NCBI GenBank assembly: GCA_963729625.1
Contig: CAVSOU010000007.1
Coordinates: 512,001-576,000, forward strand
Direction of reading: 5' to 3'
From: an uncultured bacterium
Lineage (GTDB): Bacteria > Chloroflexota > UBA5177 > JANWHV01
DNA: 64,000 nt
Every line of letters begins with the position of its first letter. The stretch's first letter is position 1. The notes under the pieces were generated by a model. The model did no database searches. It worked only from the letters and a program-made list of their open reading frames with translations, and had not been told where the DNA came from. Position numbers and translations under genes: made by a program. This document shows positions 37,985-48,318 of this stretch, piece by piece.

Positions 37985-39457
37985 GTGGCGCCATGGAGGG
38001 CAGGACAATATGCACAGCCAACCGTCACGAGTGACGTTCCGGCGATGAGTCGCGACGCGATGATCGGATCGAAGGAGCTATCTCTCCAGGCGCTGCTGGG
38101 CAAGCAAATCCGGTCCGCCCGGCGGCGCGCCGCGGCGGTTACCGTGTTTCGGGACGTGCTGGACGACGCGGTCAGCCATGCCTTCTTGCAACTTCTGGAA
38201 CACCTTGACGAACGGCCGACGGTAGAGGGCGCCGTGGAGGCCGCTCGATCCGCCCCTGCCCGCGGCAGCGTCGTCGCCGCGGCGTATGCGCGAGTGTTCG
38301 CGCGGCTTGCCGAGTCAGCCGCGCCCGCCGTCTCAGGCGCGGATGCGTGGCAATCGCACCTTCTCTGGCGCGTCATCGACTGCAGGAATCCGTTCAGCGA
38401 ACTGGTCGAGCGTGCCGGAGTCGAATCCGCGCCCTCGTCGCTGCTGGACCAGGCACGTCGGGATCTGCGTGGCCTGCAATGGCTCTACTCGCTGGGAACG
38501 GATGCGATCCGGGATTCGGTAGTGCATCTTGCGGGCGTCGATCTCGCCGAAGCGCTGGCGCCGTGGCGCGAGCTTGGTGGAGCCGCCTCCGATGACGGGC
38601 CGCGACTTGCCATGGCCGCCCGACTCGGCACCGCGCTGGACTGGGGTGCACTCGTCGAGGATCTGGGGAACCACTGGCATGCACACGGGCTTGGGCTGTT
38701 CTCGCGCCATCATGCCGCCCAGTGGACCACTGATGAAGGCGGAGTGCTGGTAGCCCAGAGCCATGTGGACCCAATTCGGCTGGAAGACCTGGTGGCGTAT
38801 GAGGCCGAGCGAGCGCCGCTCATCCGCAACACCGAGCGATTCGTAGCCGGCCTACCCGCGCAGCACTGCCTGATCTACGGCGAACGTGGCACCGGCAAGT
38901 CCTCAACGGTGAAAGCGCTCTTGCATGCCTTCGCGGGCAGAGGCCTGCGCCTGGTAGAGCTAAACAAGGATCACTTGAGCGACCTTCGCAGAGCCCTGTC
39001 ACTGCTGCGCGATCACCCGCAGCGCTTCATCCTCTTTGTCGACGATCTTTCATTTGAAGAACAGGAGACCCAGTACAAGGCGCTCAAGTCCGCGCTTGAA
39101 GGACGGATCGAAGCCTGGCCGCCGAACGTCGTCCTCTATGTGACGACGAACCGCCGCCATCTCGTGAAGGAGCGTTTCTCCGACCGCGAGGCGGTGGTGG
39201 AGGGTGAGGTGCGACCTCGCGACACCATGGAGGAGAAGCTCTCGCTGGCCGACCGATTCGGCCTTCAGGTCGCTTTCCCATCGCCCGACCAGGAACGCTA
39301 CGTGACCATCGCCACATCCCTGGCGCGAGCTCACGGTGTCGCATTGGCCGACGACGAGATACGGCGCCGAGCCATTCAGTGGGCGTTGTGGCACAACGGG
39401 CGATCCTGCAGATCCGCCCGGCAATTTGTCGACGACCTGATAGGAGAATGCTCATGA
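37985..39457 (+). CDS. DUF815 AAA+ ATPase
   Basis: GERGTGKSS, FVDDLSFE, YKALKS.LEG, NRRHL, EEKLSLADRFG; start uncertain. Confidence 0.92.
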   Translation: MAPWRAGQYAQPTVTSDVPAMSRDAMIGSKELSLQALLGKQIRSARRRAAAVTVFRDVLDDAVSHAFLQLLEHLDERPTVEGAVEAARSAPARGSVVAAAYARVFARLAESAAPAVSGADAWQSHLLWRVIDCRNPFSELVERAGVESAPSSLLDQARRDLRGLQWLYSLGTDAIRDSVVHLAGVDLAEALAPWRELGGAASDDGPRLAMAARLGTALDWGALVEDLGNHWHAHGLGLFSRHHAAQWTTDEGGVLVAQSHVDPIRLEDLVAYEAERAPLIRNTERFVAGLPAQHCLIYGERGTGKSSTVKALLHAFAGRGLRLVELNKDHLSDLRRALSLLRDHPQRFILFVDDLSFEEQETQYKALKSALEGRIEAWPPNVVLYVTTNRRHLVKERFSDREAVVEGEVRPRDTMEEKLSLADRFGLQVAFPSPDQERYVTIATSLARAHGVALADDEIRRRAIQWALWHNGRSCRSARQFVDDLIGECS

Positions 39458-39957
39458 TGATCCCTGTCCTGATCGGCTGGATTATCGGCGTGCCGCTGGA
39501 TATATGGTGGCCACGCAAAGTCGCGCCCGAGCACCCTGGGCTGGCCCGCGCCTATTCCCTGATCCGCCTGATCTCAGTGCTCCTCGCCGCAAGCTATCTC
39601 TTCTACTTCGTGGTACTGCTGCAGATGGGACTGCTTGGGCCTATTGGCTGGCTAGACGCGCTCGGATTCGGCGTCGGCGGCTGCGCGTTCATGCTGTCGC
39701 CGCTGGCCACGTGCGCGACCGCCCTGGACGCGCAGCGCCGCTGGCTGGCGATTAGCGGCAGTTATTGGGCTGGTCTCCTCACGGCCGGTCAAGCGTGGTT
39801 CAGCCTCTCGATATTTCTCACTCTGATCACGCAGGCCCCCTGGGCGCCCTTCTGGTACAGAGCGGCTTCGCTGATCAGCACGATCCTGGCGGCAGCGGCC
39901 TTCATGCTCGTGCTCGAGCTGTACAGCATGGTGAGGCGGCCCACGGATCAGGCGTAG
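39448..39957 (+). CDS. hypothetical membrane protein
   Basis: AGGAG SD, overlaps the DUF815 stop, about five hydrophobic segments. Confidence 0.7.
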   Translation: MLMMIPVLIGWIIGVPLDIWWPRKVAPEHPGLARAYSLIRLISVLLAASYLFYFVVLLQMGLLGPIGWLDALGFGVGGCAFMLSPLATCATALDAQRRWLAISGSYWAGLLTAGQAWFSLSIFLTLITQAPWAPFWYRAASLISTILAAAAFMLVLELYSMVRRPTDQA

Positions 39958-40022
39958 CCCCGTCGGATGGCGCGTTGGGCACGCTGTCTCGCGCTACGGG
40001 TGCTTGCCCGCCGCTGCGGCGG

Positions 40023-40454
40023 TCACTGGGCGATCGGGTTGAGCCAGCGCAAGCCGGGGAAGCGAGCGAAATCGCTATCCGTGGAACACAGCGTCAGCCC
40101 GTGCTCTATCGCTAATGCGGCCAGATGCGCATCGGGCACCAGGTTGGCGTGCACACCGGGCAGCGCGAGGAACCGGCCGAGTACTTCCGCGTGGCGCGCT
40201 GTCGGCGCTGGTGTCCACGCTGTCTCGCAGTCAAGCCAGGCGCGCGCCTGTCGCCAGGCATCGGCGATCGGCTCAGGCCGTTCGAATACCCGCGGGTTCG
40301 TCACCAATCGCAAGAATGCGAGCACGCTTACCCACGGTAGACCGACGAGGCCGTCGCCGTTCAGTTGGCGGTCGAGCCATTGGCGCGCGGCATCATGCTG
40401 GGGAAATGTGCTAACGTGGGCGTAAATGAGTATGTTCGCGTCGATCGCGATCAC
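40023..40454 (-). CDS. vapC: VapC PIN-domain toxin
   Basis: IDANILIYA, DAHLAALAIEHG, STDSDFARF. Confidence 0.93.
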   Translation of the reverse strand: MIAIDANILIYAHVSTFPQHDAARQWLDRQLNGDGLVGLPWVSVLAFLRLVTNPRVFERPEPIADAWRQARAWLDCETAWTPAPTARHAEVLGRFLALPGVHANLVPDAHLAALAIEHGLTLCSTDSDFARFPGLRWLNPIAQ

Positions 40455-40699
40455 TTGAAGCCCTCGCCCTCGGAGATGGCAAGGGCATCTCCAATATCGT
40501 CGACCTCGCTTATCCGCACGGCGCCAAGCACGACCGACTGCGTGCGAAAAGGTTCTCGCTGCTTCGGTTTGCTGGACATGTCCTTAAGACCTCGTCGCAA
40601 CGCCTCATTGACGAGTTCTTTCAGACTCTCGCTTCGCACCGTTCGCATGCGATTGAGTGCGGCTGCGACGTCGTCCTCGATGGTCAAGGTTGTTCTCAT
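40451..40699 (-). CDS. vapB: VapB (RHH) antitoxin
   Basis: MRTTLTIEDDV, SLKELVNEALRRGL; overlaps the vapC start. Confidence 0.9.
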   Translation of the reverse strand: MRTTLTIEDDVAAALNRMRTVRSESLKELVNEALRRGLKDMSSKPKQREPFRTQSVVLGAVRISEVDDIGDALAISEGEGFK

Positions 40700-40736
40700 A
40701 CATCAAATCATAGGGCGGCTGATGTCTTGATGTCAA
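40700..40736 (-). promoter_or_regulatory. vapBC promoter/operator
   Basis: TTGACA-18nt-TATGAT-7nt-ATG; three ACATCA/TGATGT boxes overlap it. Confidence 0.75.
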
Positions 40737-40896
40737 TTGCCGCCTTCAACCCTGCGTTGGTCCGCCTTGTGGGTAGTTTCTTGACCAGAACTCCAGGAGT
40801 GGGTGTTACACTATGCGTGGTGGACAGCCCCATTGCACCGTGCTCAGGTTGCGGACTTCTGGCGCTTTTCGAACAGCGGGAGAGGATTTGCTCAGC

Positions 40897-42360
40897 ATGT
40901 CGCGTGTATTGCGTTGGGTGCTGCTAGTGATCGTGCTGTTCTGGGCGGCGCCACTTGTCCCCGCCGGCGCCACCGGCAGATCCGCAAGCAGCGCGGTGCT
41001 GGCGTTGCAGGTTACACCGCTGCGGCAGACGGTGATGGAGGGCAGTCATTTCGGCTTATTCGTGCATTCAGGGGCGTTCGTATCGCTAACTCTTACGGTG
41101 CAATATGCGTCGGGCCTTACAAGTGCGTACCGCGCGGCGACGGATTCGAAAGGCCGATACGTCTTTTCCTGGACAGTGCCCGAGGGCGTGAAGCTCGCGG
41201 GTGTCGCGGACATGCGCCTCACTGCCGTGCGGGGGGCCCTTGCCGCGCTCTGGCGTGGCGCTCTCACGATCACCGCGCCGCCGTTGCCTCCGCTATTCGT
41301 GCAGCCACTGCACCGGCGCTTCGAGGCGGGTACGGCCATTGACTTCTTCGTGGGCACCGCGCCGAACACGAGCTTCTCGTATACGCTCAGCACGGATGCC
41401 GGCGATGTCATCGGCGCGGGCTCCGGCACGGCAGACGCGCACGGCCGGCGGGTGGTCGACGTGCTGGATACCGTCTTGCCAAAGATCGCCACTGCAGCCT
41501 CCGTCGCGGTGACGGTAACTGCTCCCACTGGGTCGCGCACGCGCACGTCAGGTTTCGCGCTCACACCTCGACCTCCGCTCGCGCTATTCGTTTCCACGAC
41601 GGCCAAGTCGGTGCGGGCAGGGGACGGCATCCGCGTGTTTGTCTCCACCAGGCCGGGCGCTGCGGTCAACGTCACTATGGCCATAACCAGCACCTCGGTG
41701 CTGACGGCGACGGGAGTGACGGACAGGTATGGCCGTTGGGTCTACTACACGCCGCTGCTCATCGTGCTAGGTCATCAACACGTGACGAAGGTCATCGTGC
41801 AGGCCCATAGCGGGTTGGACGAGCGCACAGCCCACACCAGCTTTGTGTTACGGCCCGGTCCGCTCGGCCTCACCGCCGGAGGATACGATCGACTGGCGAC
41901 GCCGGCCGACCCGCCTCTCGATCTGAGCAAGTATTTCAGCTCCATCCCCGATAAGGTCGTCGCGGTCTCCACGGAGGGCCAGGTGCTCCGCGAGTTCGAC
42001 CATGGCGTGCTCGTGCACGAGAACTTTGTGACCACCGGGCGTCCCGAGTTGCCTACCGTCCATGGTATCTTTCACGTGTATCTCAAGCAGAGTCCGTTCA
42101 CGTTCATCTCCGCGTGGCCTCCGGGATCTCCATTCTACTTTCCGCCCAGTCCTGTCCGCTACTGGATGCCGTTCTATCTGGGCTACGGCCTGCACGATTC
42201 GCCCTGGCGGAGCGTGTATGGGCCTGGTACGAACCTTCCGCACTACTCAACCGATCCGGGTGAACCGGTCGGCAGTCACGGTTGTGTCAACATCCCGCTG
42301 GCCGATACGGTGTGGCTGTGGAACTGGGCGCCGGTTGGCACGACGGTGCTGGTCTACTGA
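40897..42360 (+). CDS. secreted L,D-transpeptidase (YkuD) with three N-terminal beta repeats
   Basis: Signal peptide, VTTGRPELPT..G.F, GLHD.PWR, SHGCVN. Confidence 0.9.
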   Translation: MSRVLRWVLLVIVLFWAAPLVPAGATGRSASSAVLALQVTPLRQTVMEGSHFGLFVHSGAFVSLTLTVQYASGLTSAYRAATDSKGRYVFSWTVPEGVKLAGVADMRLTAVRGALAALWRGALTITAPPLPPLFVQPLHRRFEAGTAIDFFVGTAPNTSFSYTLSTDAGDVIGAGSGTADAHGRRVVDVLDTVLPKIATAASVAVTVTAPTGSRTRTSGFALTPRPPLALFVSTTAKSVRAGDGIRVFVSTRPGAAVNVTMAITSTSVLTATGVTDRYGRWVYYTPLLIVLGHQHVTKVIVQAHSGLDERTAHTSFVLRPGPLGLTAGGYDRLATPADPPLDLSKYFSSIPDKVVAVSTEGQVLREFDHGVLVHENFVTTGRPELPTVHGIFHVYLKQSPFTFISAWPPGSPFYFPPSPVRYWMPFYLGYGLHDSPWRSVYGPGTNLPHYSTDPGEPVGSHGCVNIPLADTVWLWNWAPVGTTVLVY

Positions 42361-42399
42361 GATGGAGCGCGTGGCGGCGTAGATCCGGGAGATACGTGG

Positions 42400-43527
42400 T
42401 TGCGGCGACTTGCAATAGTGTTCGCGGTGCTACTCCTTATGATTCAGCCTCGGGCGGCCACTGCGCCTCGCGGAGCGATCGGCCTGCTGGGCGAACGCGT
42501 CGACTCGACCGCCAAATCCGTATCCACGCCTGCTCCCGTGCGAACGCCCGCGCGTGCCTCCCAGGTCGTGAAGCTACCGGAGGTCTCGCTAAGCAGCATT
42601 TTCGCGGCGCGGCCTCCGTCACTTGCCGGTCTGGATAGGCGCAAGATTGTCACCATTATGGCGACGGGTGACGTCATCCCGGCGCGCATGGTCAACGAGG
42701 TGATGACACAGCGGGACGATTTCACGTATCCATTCCTGAAGACCTACAAGTACACGCGTTCGGCGGATCTGACGCTGATAAACCTCGAGTCCCCGCTTAT
42801 TGCGGGATGCCAGGCGACCGAAACAGGCATGACGTTCTGCGGCGACCAGCGAGCGGTTGCGGGAATAAAGCTCGCGGGCGTCGATATCGCAAACCTGCCG
42901 AACAACCATATCGGCAACTACGGTGCCGACGGTATCCGTGCGACTGAGAAGCTTCTGGCGGCGAACAACATCGCCTGGGATGGTTTCGGCCACACGGTGT
43001 ACAAGAACGTCAAAGGTGTGGTATTTGCGTTCCTGGGCTTCAACGCCGTGGAGCAGAACCTCGACACCAAGGAAATGGTCCGTGAAATCAAGGGCGCGAG
43101 CAGGCGCGCAAACGTGGTGATCGTATCGATGCACTGGGGCCTGGAATACAGCCCAATCCCGATGGTAGCTCCGGGGGTGGCAGACCAGGATCCCCGCGTG
43201 CTGGCACACCTGGCCGTGGAGGCCGGCGCGGACCTGATCGTCGGTAACCACCCACACGTGGTCCAGGGTGTCGAGATCTACAAGGGCAAGTACATATCCT
43301 ATGCGTCCGGCAATTTCGTGTTCGACCAGATCAGCCTGGGTCGCTTGGATACACAGCAGGGCGTGGTCGGAACGTACACGTTCTACGGGGCAAAGCTCGT
43401 CTCAGTGCGGTACCGCCCAGTACAGATCGACGATTGGGCGCAGCCGCACTTCATCTCCTCCAAGGCGGAGGCCCCGATCTTGCAGCGAATGCTGGACGCT
43501 TCGCTGAAGATCAAGAAGGGTTACTGA
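42400..43527 (+). CDS. CapA/PGA_cap metallophosphoesterase-fold protein
   Basis: ATGDVI, NLESP, NNHIGNYG, MHWG.EY, GNHPHV.Q, GNFVFD. Confidence 0.9.
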   Translation: MRRLAIVFAVLLLMIQPRAATAPRGAIGLLGERVDSTAKSVSTPAPVRTPARASQVVKLPEVSLSSIFAARPPSLAGLDRRKIVTIMATGDVIPARMVNEVMTQRDDFTYPFLKTYKYTRSADLTLINLESPLIAGCQATETGMTFCGDQRAVAGIKLAGVDIANLPNNHIGNYGADGIRATEKLLAANNIAWDGFGHTVYKNVKGVVFAFLGFNAVEQNLDTKEMVREIKGASRRANVVIVSMHWGLEYSPIPMVAPGVADQDPRVLAHLAVEAGADLIVGNHPHVVQGVEIYKGKYISYASGNFVFDQISLGRLDTQQGVVGTYTFYGAKLVSVRYRPVQIDDWAQPHFISSKAEAPILQRMLDASLKIKKGY

Positions 43528-43770
43528 ACGTCCTGCTCGAGCAGATTCGGTGCATTGTCGGATGAGGTCTCCTCACTTGGCGAGGGCGGTGGGCCCTCGC
43601 GATGGTGAATGTGATGAATGGAGGGCGGACATGTCTGGTCGAGCTGACATGCTGGGACCACGCGCACGGCATTTCACCTCGCCGGTGACGTTCAGCATCG
43701 GCAAGGCGAAGCCAATCGTCAGAGACTTCCTGCCTGTGATTGTGATCACGACGATCGCCGTGCGTGAGGG

Positions 43771-44706
43771 GTGAGGATGGCCATGCGTCATGTGGTAGAG
43801 AGCCAGCAGTTCGATCGGCCGCTCTTGGAGCAGGTGTTCAGCTCCGCCAATAGAATGAGAGAGGTCGCCGGAAGCGGCGGCAGCGACCTTCTGGCAGGCA
43901 GGATCATGGCAACCCTGTTCTACGAGCCGAGCACGCGTACCCGCCTGTCGTTCGAGACGGCGATGCTTCGCCTTGGCGGCCAGGTAATCACGACCGAGAA
44001 CGCGCGTGAATTCTCTTCAGCGCTCAAGGGCGAAACGATCGAGGATACGGTGCGTATCGTCGGCAGCTACGCCGACGTACTGGTGATCCGGCACTTCGAA
44101 AGTGGTGCGGCCAAGCGGGCGGCCGCCTTCTCACCCGTACCGGTGATCAACGCCGGCGACGGGCCGGGCCAGCATCCCACGCAAGCGCTGCTCGACCTCT
44201 ACACCATTCAAGCTGAGCTCGGCCACATCGACGGCATCCGCGTGGCTATGGTCGGAGACCTGGCAAACGGCCGGACGGTGCGGTCGTTGAGCTATCTCCT
44301 CGCTCTGTACCAGGACATCGAGATCACGTTCGTGGCCCCGCCAGCCGTGAGCATGCGCGAAGACATCAAGGAGTTCTTGCGTGGGCGTGGGGTGCCATTC
44401 CGAGAGGAGGAGGACCTGCGAGCCGTGCTGCCGGAATGCGACGTGGTGTACCAGACCCGCATCCAGAAGGAGCGGTTCGCGGACCGACCGGCAGATTATG
44501 AAGCGGTGCGCGGCATCTACGTGATAGATCAGGAAGCGATGGAACTATTGCCGCGTAACGCCGTCGTCATGCATCCGCTGCCGCGCGTGGACGAGATTCG
44601 CCCGGAGGTGGACGACGATCTGAGGGCCGCGTACTTCCGGCAGGCAGCGAACGGCGTGTTCGTGCGTATGGCCCTGCTCAAGCTGCTGCTGGCGCCCGAC
44701 GTGTAG
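43771..44706 (+). CDS. pyrB: aspartate carbamoyltransferase catalytic subunit
   Basis: FYEPSTRTRLSF, HPTQALLD, QTRIQKER, MHPLPR. Confidence 0.97.
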   Translation: MRMAMRHVVESQQFDRPLLEQVFSSANRMREVAGSGGSDLLAGRIMATLFYEPSTRTRLSFETAMLRLGGQVITTENAREFSSALKGETIEDTVRIVGSYADVLVIRHFESGAAKRAAAFSPVPVINAGDGPGQHPTQALLDLYTIQAELGHIDGIRVAMVGDLANGRTVRSLSYLLALYQDIEITFVAPPAVSMREDIKEFLRGRGVPFREEEDLRAVLPECDVVYQTRIQKERFADRPADYEAVRGIYVIDQEAMELLPRNAVVMHPLPRVDEIRPEVDDDLRAAYFRQAANGVFVRMALLKLLLAPDV

Positions 44707-44868
44707 CAAGCATACTCAGAGGCAAGCGACCGCAACCAGTCAGAGGACAGATGCGTATGTCACTGGATGAATTGTACGCGGATGTCGATCTGGAGCGGAG
44801 CTAAGGGACCTCATAAGGGCCAAGCTAGTAGCTGAGAAAACAGCAATCCAGCACAGAATGAGAGGGCG

Positions 44869-45876
44869 ATGAATTCGTACGAGCGAATGACGGCTCGCAT
44901 GCGCGGAGCAGCAGTCGACCGCGCACCGAACTTCAATATCATGATGGCCTATGCCGCCCGCCACATCGGCCGACCTCTGTCCCGCTTCTATCTGGATTAC
45001 CGGGTGCTGTGCGAGGCAAACCTGGCTGTGTTTCACGACTTCTCGCTCGACCTGGTAGGCACAATGTCCGACCCTTACGGAGAGACGGCGGATTGGGGCG
45101 CGGCGATCGAGTTTCCCGACGACGCCTTGCCCGCGTGCAAAGTGCCGCTTCTGCAGAACCTGGCGGACATTCGGAAGCTGGCTTCGCCCGATCCTGCATC
45201 GAGCCGGAGGATGAGCAACCGCCTGAGCGCGTTGCAGTTCTACCGCGCCCAGGTGGGAGGCGAGGTACCGATCCTGGGCTGGGTAGAAGGGGCGCTGGCA
45301 GAGACGGCGGACCTGCGCGGCGTCTCGCAGCTGATGATGGACCTTCATGACGATCCCGAGTCGCTGGAAGAAGTGCTTGAACGCTGCACGCAGGTGGCCA
45401 TTGCCTTCGCGCGCGCGCAGGTTCGTGCCGGCGCGGACATTATCGGACTCGGCGACGCCGTGGCCTCCCAGGTGTCACCCAGAATGTACGAGCGGTTTGC
45501 GCTGCCCTATGAACAGCGGATTTTCGCGGCAGTCCATGAGATGGGTGCCCTGGGCAGGCTCCACATCTGCGGCAATACGACCAAGATACTCGCGCTCATG
45601 GCTCGAAGCGGCGCCGACATCATCGACGTCGACTGGATGGTCGACATGGCAGCCGCGCGCGATGCTTGCGAGGGCAAGACCGTCTGCGGAAACTTCGATC
45701 CGGTGGCCGTCATGCTGCGCGGAACGCCGGAGCTGGTGCGCCAGTCGGTGCGGCAGAGCCTGGAATTGGGCGGACCACGCTGCTTCAGCATGGCCGGATG
45801 CGAGATTCCCCAGGGGACGCCAAGCGCTAACCTGCTCGCTCACGCTCGGGCTCTCGTGGAGTATGGAGCGGGCTAA
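44869..45876 (+). CDS. UROD/MtaA-CmuA family protein
   Basis: AQVRAGAD, SP.MYERFALPY, LHICG, GNFDP, AGCEIP. Confidence 0.88.
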   Translation: MNSYERMTARMRGAAVDRAPNFNIMMAYAARHIGRPLSRFYLDYRVLCEANLAVFHDFSLDLVGTMSDPYGETADWGAAIEFPDDALPACKVPLLQNLADIRKLASPDPASSRRMSNRLSALQFYRAQVGGEVPILGWVEGALAETADLRGVSQLMMDLHDDPESLEEVLERCTQVAIAFARAQVRAGADIIGLGDAVASQVSPRMYERFALPYEQRIFAAVHEMGALGRLHICGNTTKILALMARSGADIIDVDWMVDMAAARDACEGKTVCGNFDPVAVMLRGTPELVRQSVRQSLELGGPRCFSMAGCEIPQGTPSANLLAHARALVEYGAG

Positions 45877-46217
45877 ATGCGTCCACCTACACGTTGCGGG
45901 GCGTACCGGCATTCCGTGATCGTCGGCGTCCTTGGGCGCAGACATCGTATCCGCCGCGTCCATCGCCGGCGACTGGGGGCGGGCATCGTGTCGGCCCGGT
46001 TCGCGGCAAACCGTGCCCCCGGCGCGCAAGGGCCGCTCCGCGTACGGCCACCGGGTATTCCCCACGTGTGCACGGTGACGGCGGACACGACATCCGCGCT
46101 CACAGGACACGATCGCTCACCGGCCGGCGCATTTTTCGGTCACGCCCCACGTCGAGGGCGAACACATGACCGGCATTGGCACGAGGTATACTGGCGATAC
46201 ATGAGAAAAGAAGCGAA

Positions 46218-47348
46218 ATGACTCGCCGTGACCGGCTACAACGCACTCTTGCCGGCAAGTCGGTGGATCGCCCGGCGTTCAATTTCTACGAAATCGACGG
46301 GCTGAATCAGGATCCCACGGACACGTCGCCGTTCAACATATTCGCGGATCCGTCGTGGCAACCACTGCTCGAGCTCGCTCGTGACAGATCTGATCGCATG
46401 CCTATCCGGAATCTGCCCCTCGTTCCTGCGGAAGACTGTCCGCTGGAAGCGCTCACGGAGCGCGAAGCGACGCTTGAAAACGGCTCGCTTCTGACCACGA
46501 CCAGGATTCGCTGCCCCGGACGCGTGCTCACGTCGCGCACGCGGCGCGATCGGGACGTGGACACGATCTGGACTCTCGAGCACCTGCTGAAGGATGCGGA
46601 TGACCTCAAGGCCTACCTGGACCTGCCATTGCCCCGCTACCGGGCCCTCGATATGGGGCCGATCGTTGCGGCCGAACAGGCCCTGGGTGAGACAGGCCTG
46701 GTGCTGATCAACCTGGACGATCCGCTTTGCCGCAGTGCCGAGCTCTTCAGCATGGCCGATTACCTGGTCATCGCCTTCTGGGAGTCGAGCTTGTTCCTGA
46801 GACTGCTCGATCGATTCGCACAGATCCTCTATCCGCAGGTCGAAGTCGCCTCCTCAGCACTGCCGGGCCGACCCTGGCGCGTGGTGGGCGCTGAATACGC
46901 GGGCGCGCCCTACCTGCCGCCCAGGCTCTTCAAGCAGTACCTGACGGAGCACACCGGGCCCATCGTGTCGCTGATTCAACGACAGGGTGGATTTGCCCGC
47001 ATTCACTGCCACGGAAGATTGCGCGGCATCCTTGACCACATCGCGGCGACCGGCTGCACCGGGCTCGATCCGATCGAACCGCCGCCCCAGGGGGACATGG
47101 CGCTGGCAGACGTGCGGGCGCGCTATGGCGAGCAGATGGTGCTCTACGGGAATCTGGAAGCCAATGACATCGAGATGCTGAGCCCGCATGACTTCGCGGA
47201 GAAAGTCAGGCGAGCGCTCGACGAAGGGACGCGTGGTACGGGCCGCGGCTTCGTGCTCATGCCCTCCGCCAGCCCCTACGGACGCCACCTTACGCCGCGC
47301 GCGCTGCGCAATTACGAGACCATGGTCGAGGTGGTGGAAGCGATGTGA
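46218..47348 (+). CDS. UROD-family protein (divergent)
   Basis: MTRRDRL...G..VDRP, RIHCHG, DPIEPPP.GD, GNLE, FVLMPSA. Confidence 0.8.
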   Translation: MTRRDRLQRTLAGKSVDRPAFNFYEIDGLNQDPTDTSPFNIFADPSWQPLLELARDRSDRMPIRNLPLVPAEDCPLEALTEREATLENGSLLTTTRIRCPGRVLTSRTRRDRDVDTIWTLEHLLKDADDLKAYLDLPLPRYRALDMGPIVAAEQALGETGLVLINLDDPLCRSAELFSMADYLVIAFWESSLFLRLLDRFAQILYPQVEVASSALPGRPWRVVGAEYAGAPYLPPRLFKQYLTEHTGPIVSLIQRQGGFARIHCHGRLRGILDHIAATGCTGLDPIEPPPQGDMALADVRARYGEQMVLYGNLEANDIEMLSPHDFAEKVRRALDEGTRGTGRGFVLMPSASPYGRHLTPRALRNYETMVEVVEAM

Positions 47349-47385
47349 CCATGGTGGGCGCGGAAGCGCTCGGCCGAGACGTTCG

Positions 47386-48318
47386 TTAGCGAAACTGAGG
47401 CGCCACCTGAGCGGCGAACTGCTCCAGCCCTTCCAGATCGAACGGCGCTCCAGCACCCATGATGAAGCCACTGATGCCGAGAGCGCCGTATCTGCGAATC
47501 TTCTCGCAGATCTCTTCCGGCGTGCCGACGAGCCAGGCAGCTTGCTCCGCGGCGAGGTCCATGCCCAGCCCATCGGTGAGTGACCGGGCCTTGGCCTGCG
47601 CAGCCTCGTGGGTCGTGCCGATCACCAGCTGCGCGTGCACCGTCAGCCCGATCTCGGCCGGATCGCGTTCTATCGCCGCACATGATGCGCGCAGGCTGTC
47701 GACGGCGACGGCGATTTCCTCAGGCGAGCCTATGCCGTTCCAGGCGGCGGCCTTCCGCGCCGCGAGGCGCAGTGTGCGGCGTCCGGTCCCGCCGATCATG
47801 ATCGGTGGATACGGACGCTGCAGCGGTTTGGGCTCGCATGGCGCATCGTCGATCGTGTAGAAGGCGCCGTGATAGGTGACTCGCGGCTGCGTCCAGAGCG
47901 CCGTGACGATGTCCACGGCTTCCTCGAGCCGACTCAGTCGTTCGCCCACGGCAGGGAACGGCAGCCCATAGGCACGAAACTCGCGCTCGGCCCAGGATGC
48001 GCCGAGGGCGAACCGCAGCCGGCCGCCACTGACGTGGTCGACCATGGCCGCGCTCTTGGCCAATGTAGCCGGATCACGATAGAGCACGCCGTTGACCAGC
48101 GTTCCGACCCCGATCCGGTGAGTGACGCTGGCCATAGCCGCCAGCGTGGTCATGGTCTCGAAGCACGCGCCCGCGGGATCGCCGGCCGGGGCGAGCAGGT
48201 GATCGAAGTTCCAGACGCTCTCGTAATCCAGGTCTTCGACGGCACGCACGGCCTCAAGGTAGGCGGGCCATGTCGTGTGCCGTGGCTGCAGTTGTATGCC
48301 AAACTGTATGGGTCGCAT
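47386..48318 (-). CDS. LLM-class (F420-type) oxidoreductase
   Basis: WNFDH, YRDPATLAK, DHVSGGRL, PKPLQRPYPPIMIGG; TGATG coupling to the M20 gene. Confidence 0.88.
   Translation of the reverse strand: MRPIQFGIQLQPRHTTWPAYLEAVRAVEDLDYESVWNFDHLLAPAGDPAGACFETMTTLAAMASVTHRIGVGTLVNGVLYRDPATLAKSAAMVDHVSGGRLRFALGASWAEREFRAYGLPFPAVGERLSRLEEAVDIVTALWTQPRVTYHGAFYTIDDAPCEPKPLQRPYPPIMIGGTGRRTLRLAARKAAAWNGIGSPEEIAVAVDSLRASCAAIERDPAEIGLTVHAQLVIGTTHEAAQAKARSLTDGLGMDLAAEQAAWLVGTPEEICEKIRRYGALGISGFIMGAGAPFDLEGLEQFAAQVAPQFR

Noticed and set aside
43528-43770. PyrR attenuator upstream of pyrB
   Set aside because: No ARUCCNGNGAGGYU motif or U-tailed terminator visible
45877-46180. Possible repeat element or ORF between the UROD-like genes
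   Set aside because: Only weak imperfect inverted similarity; the ORFs are Arg/Pro-rich noise
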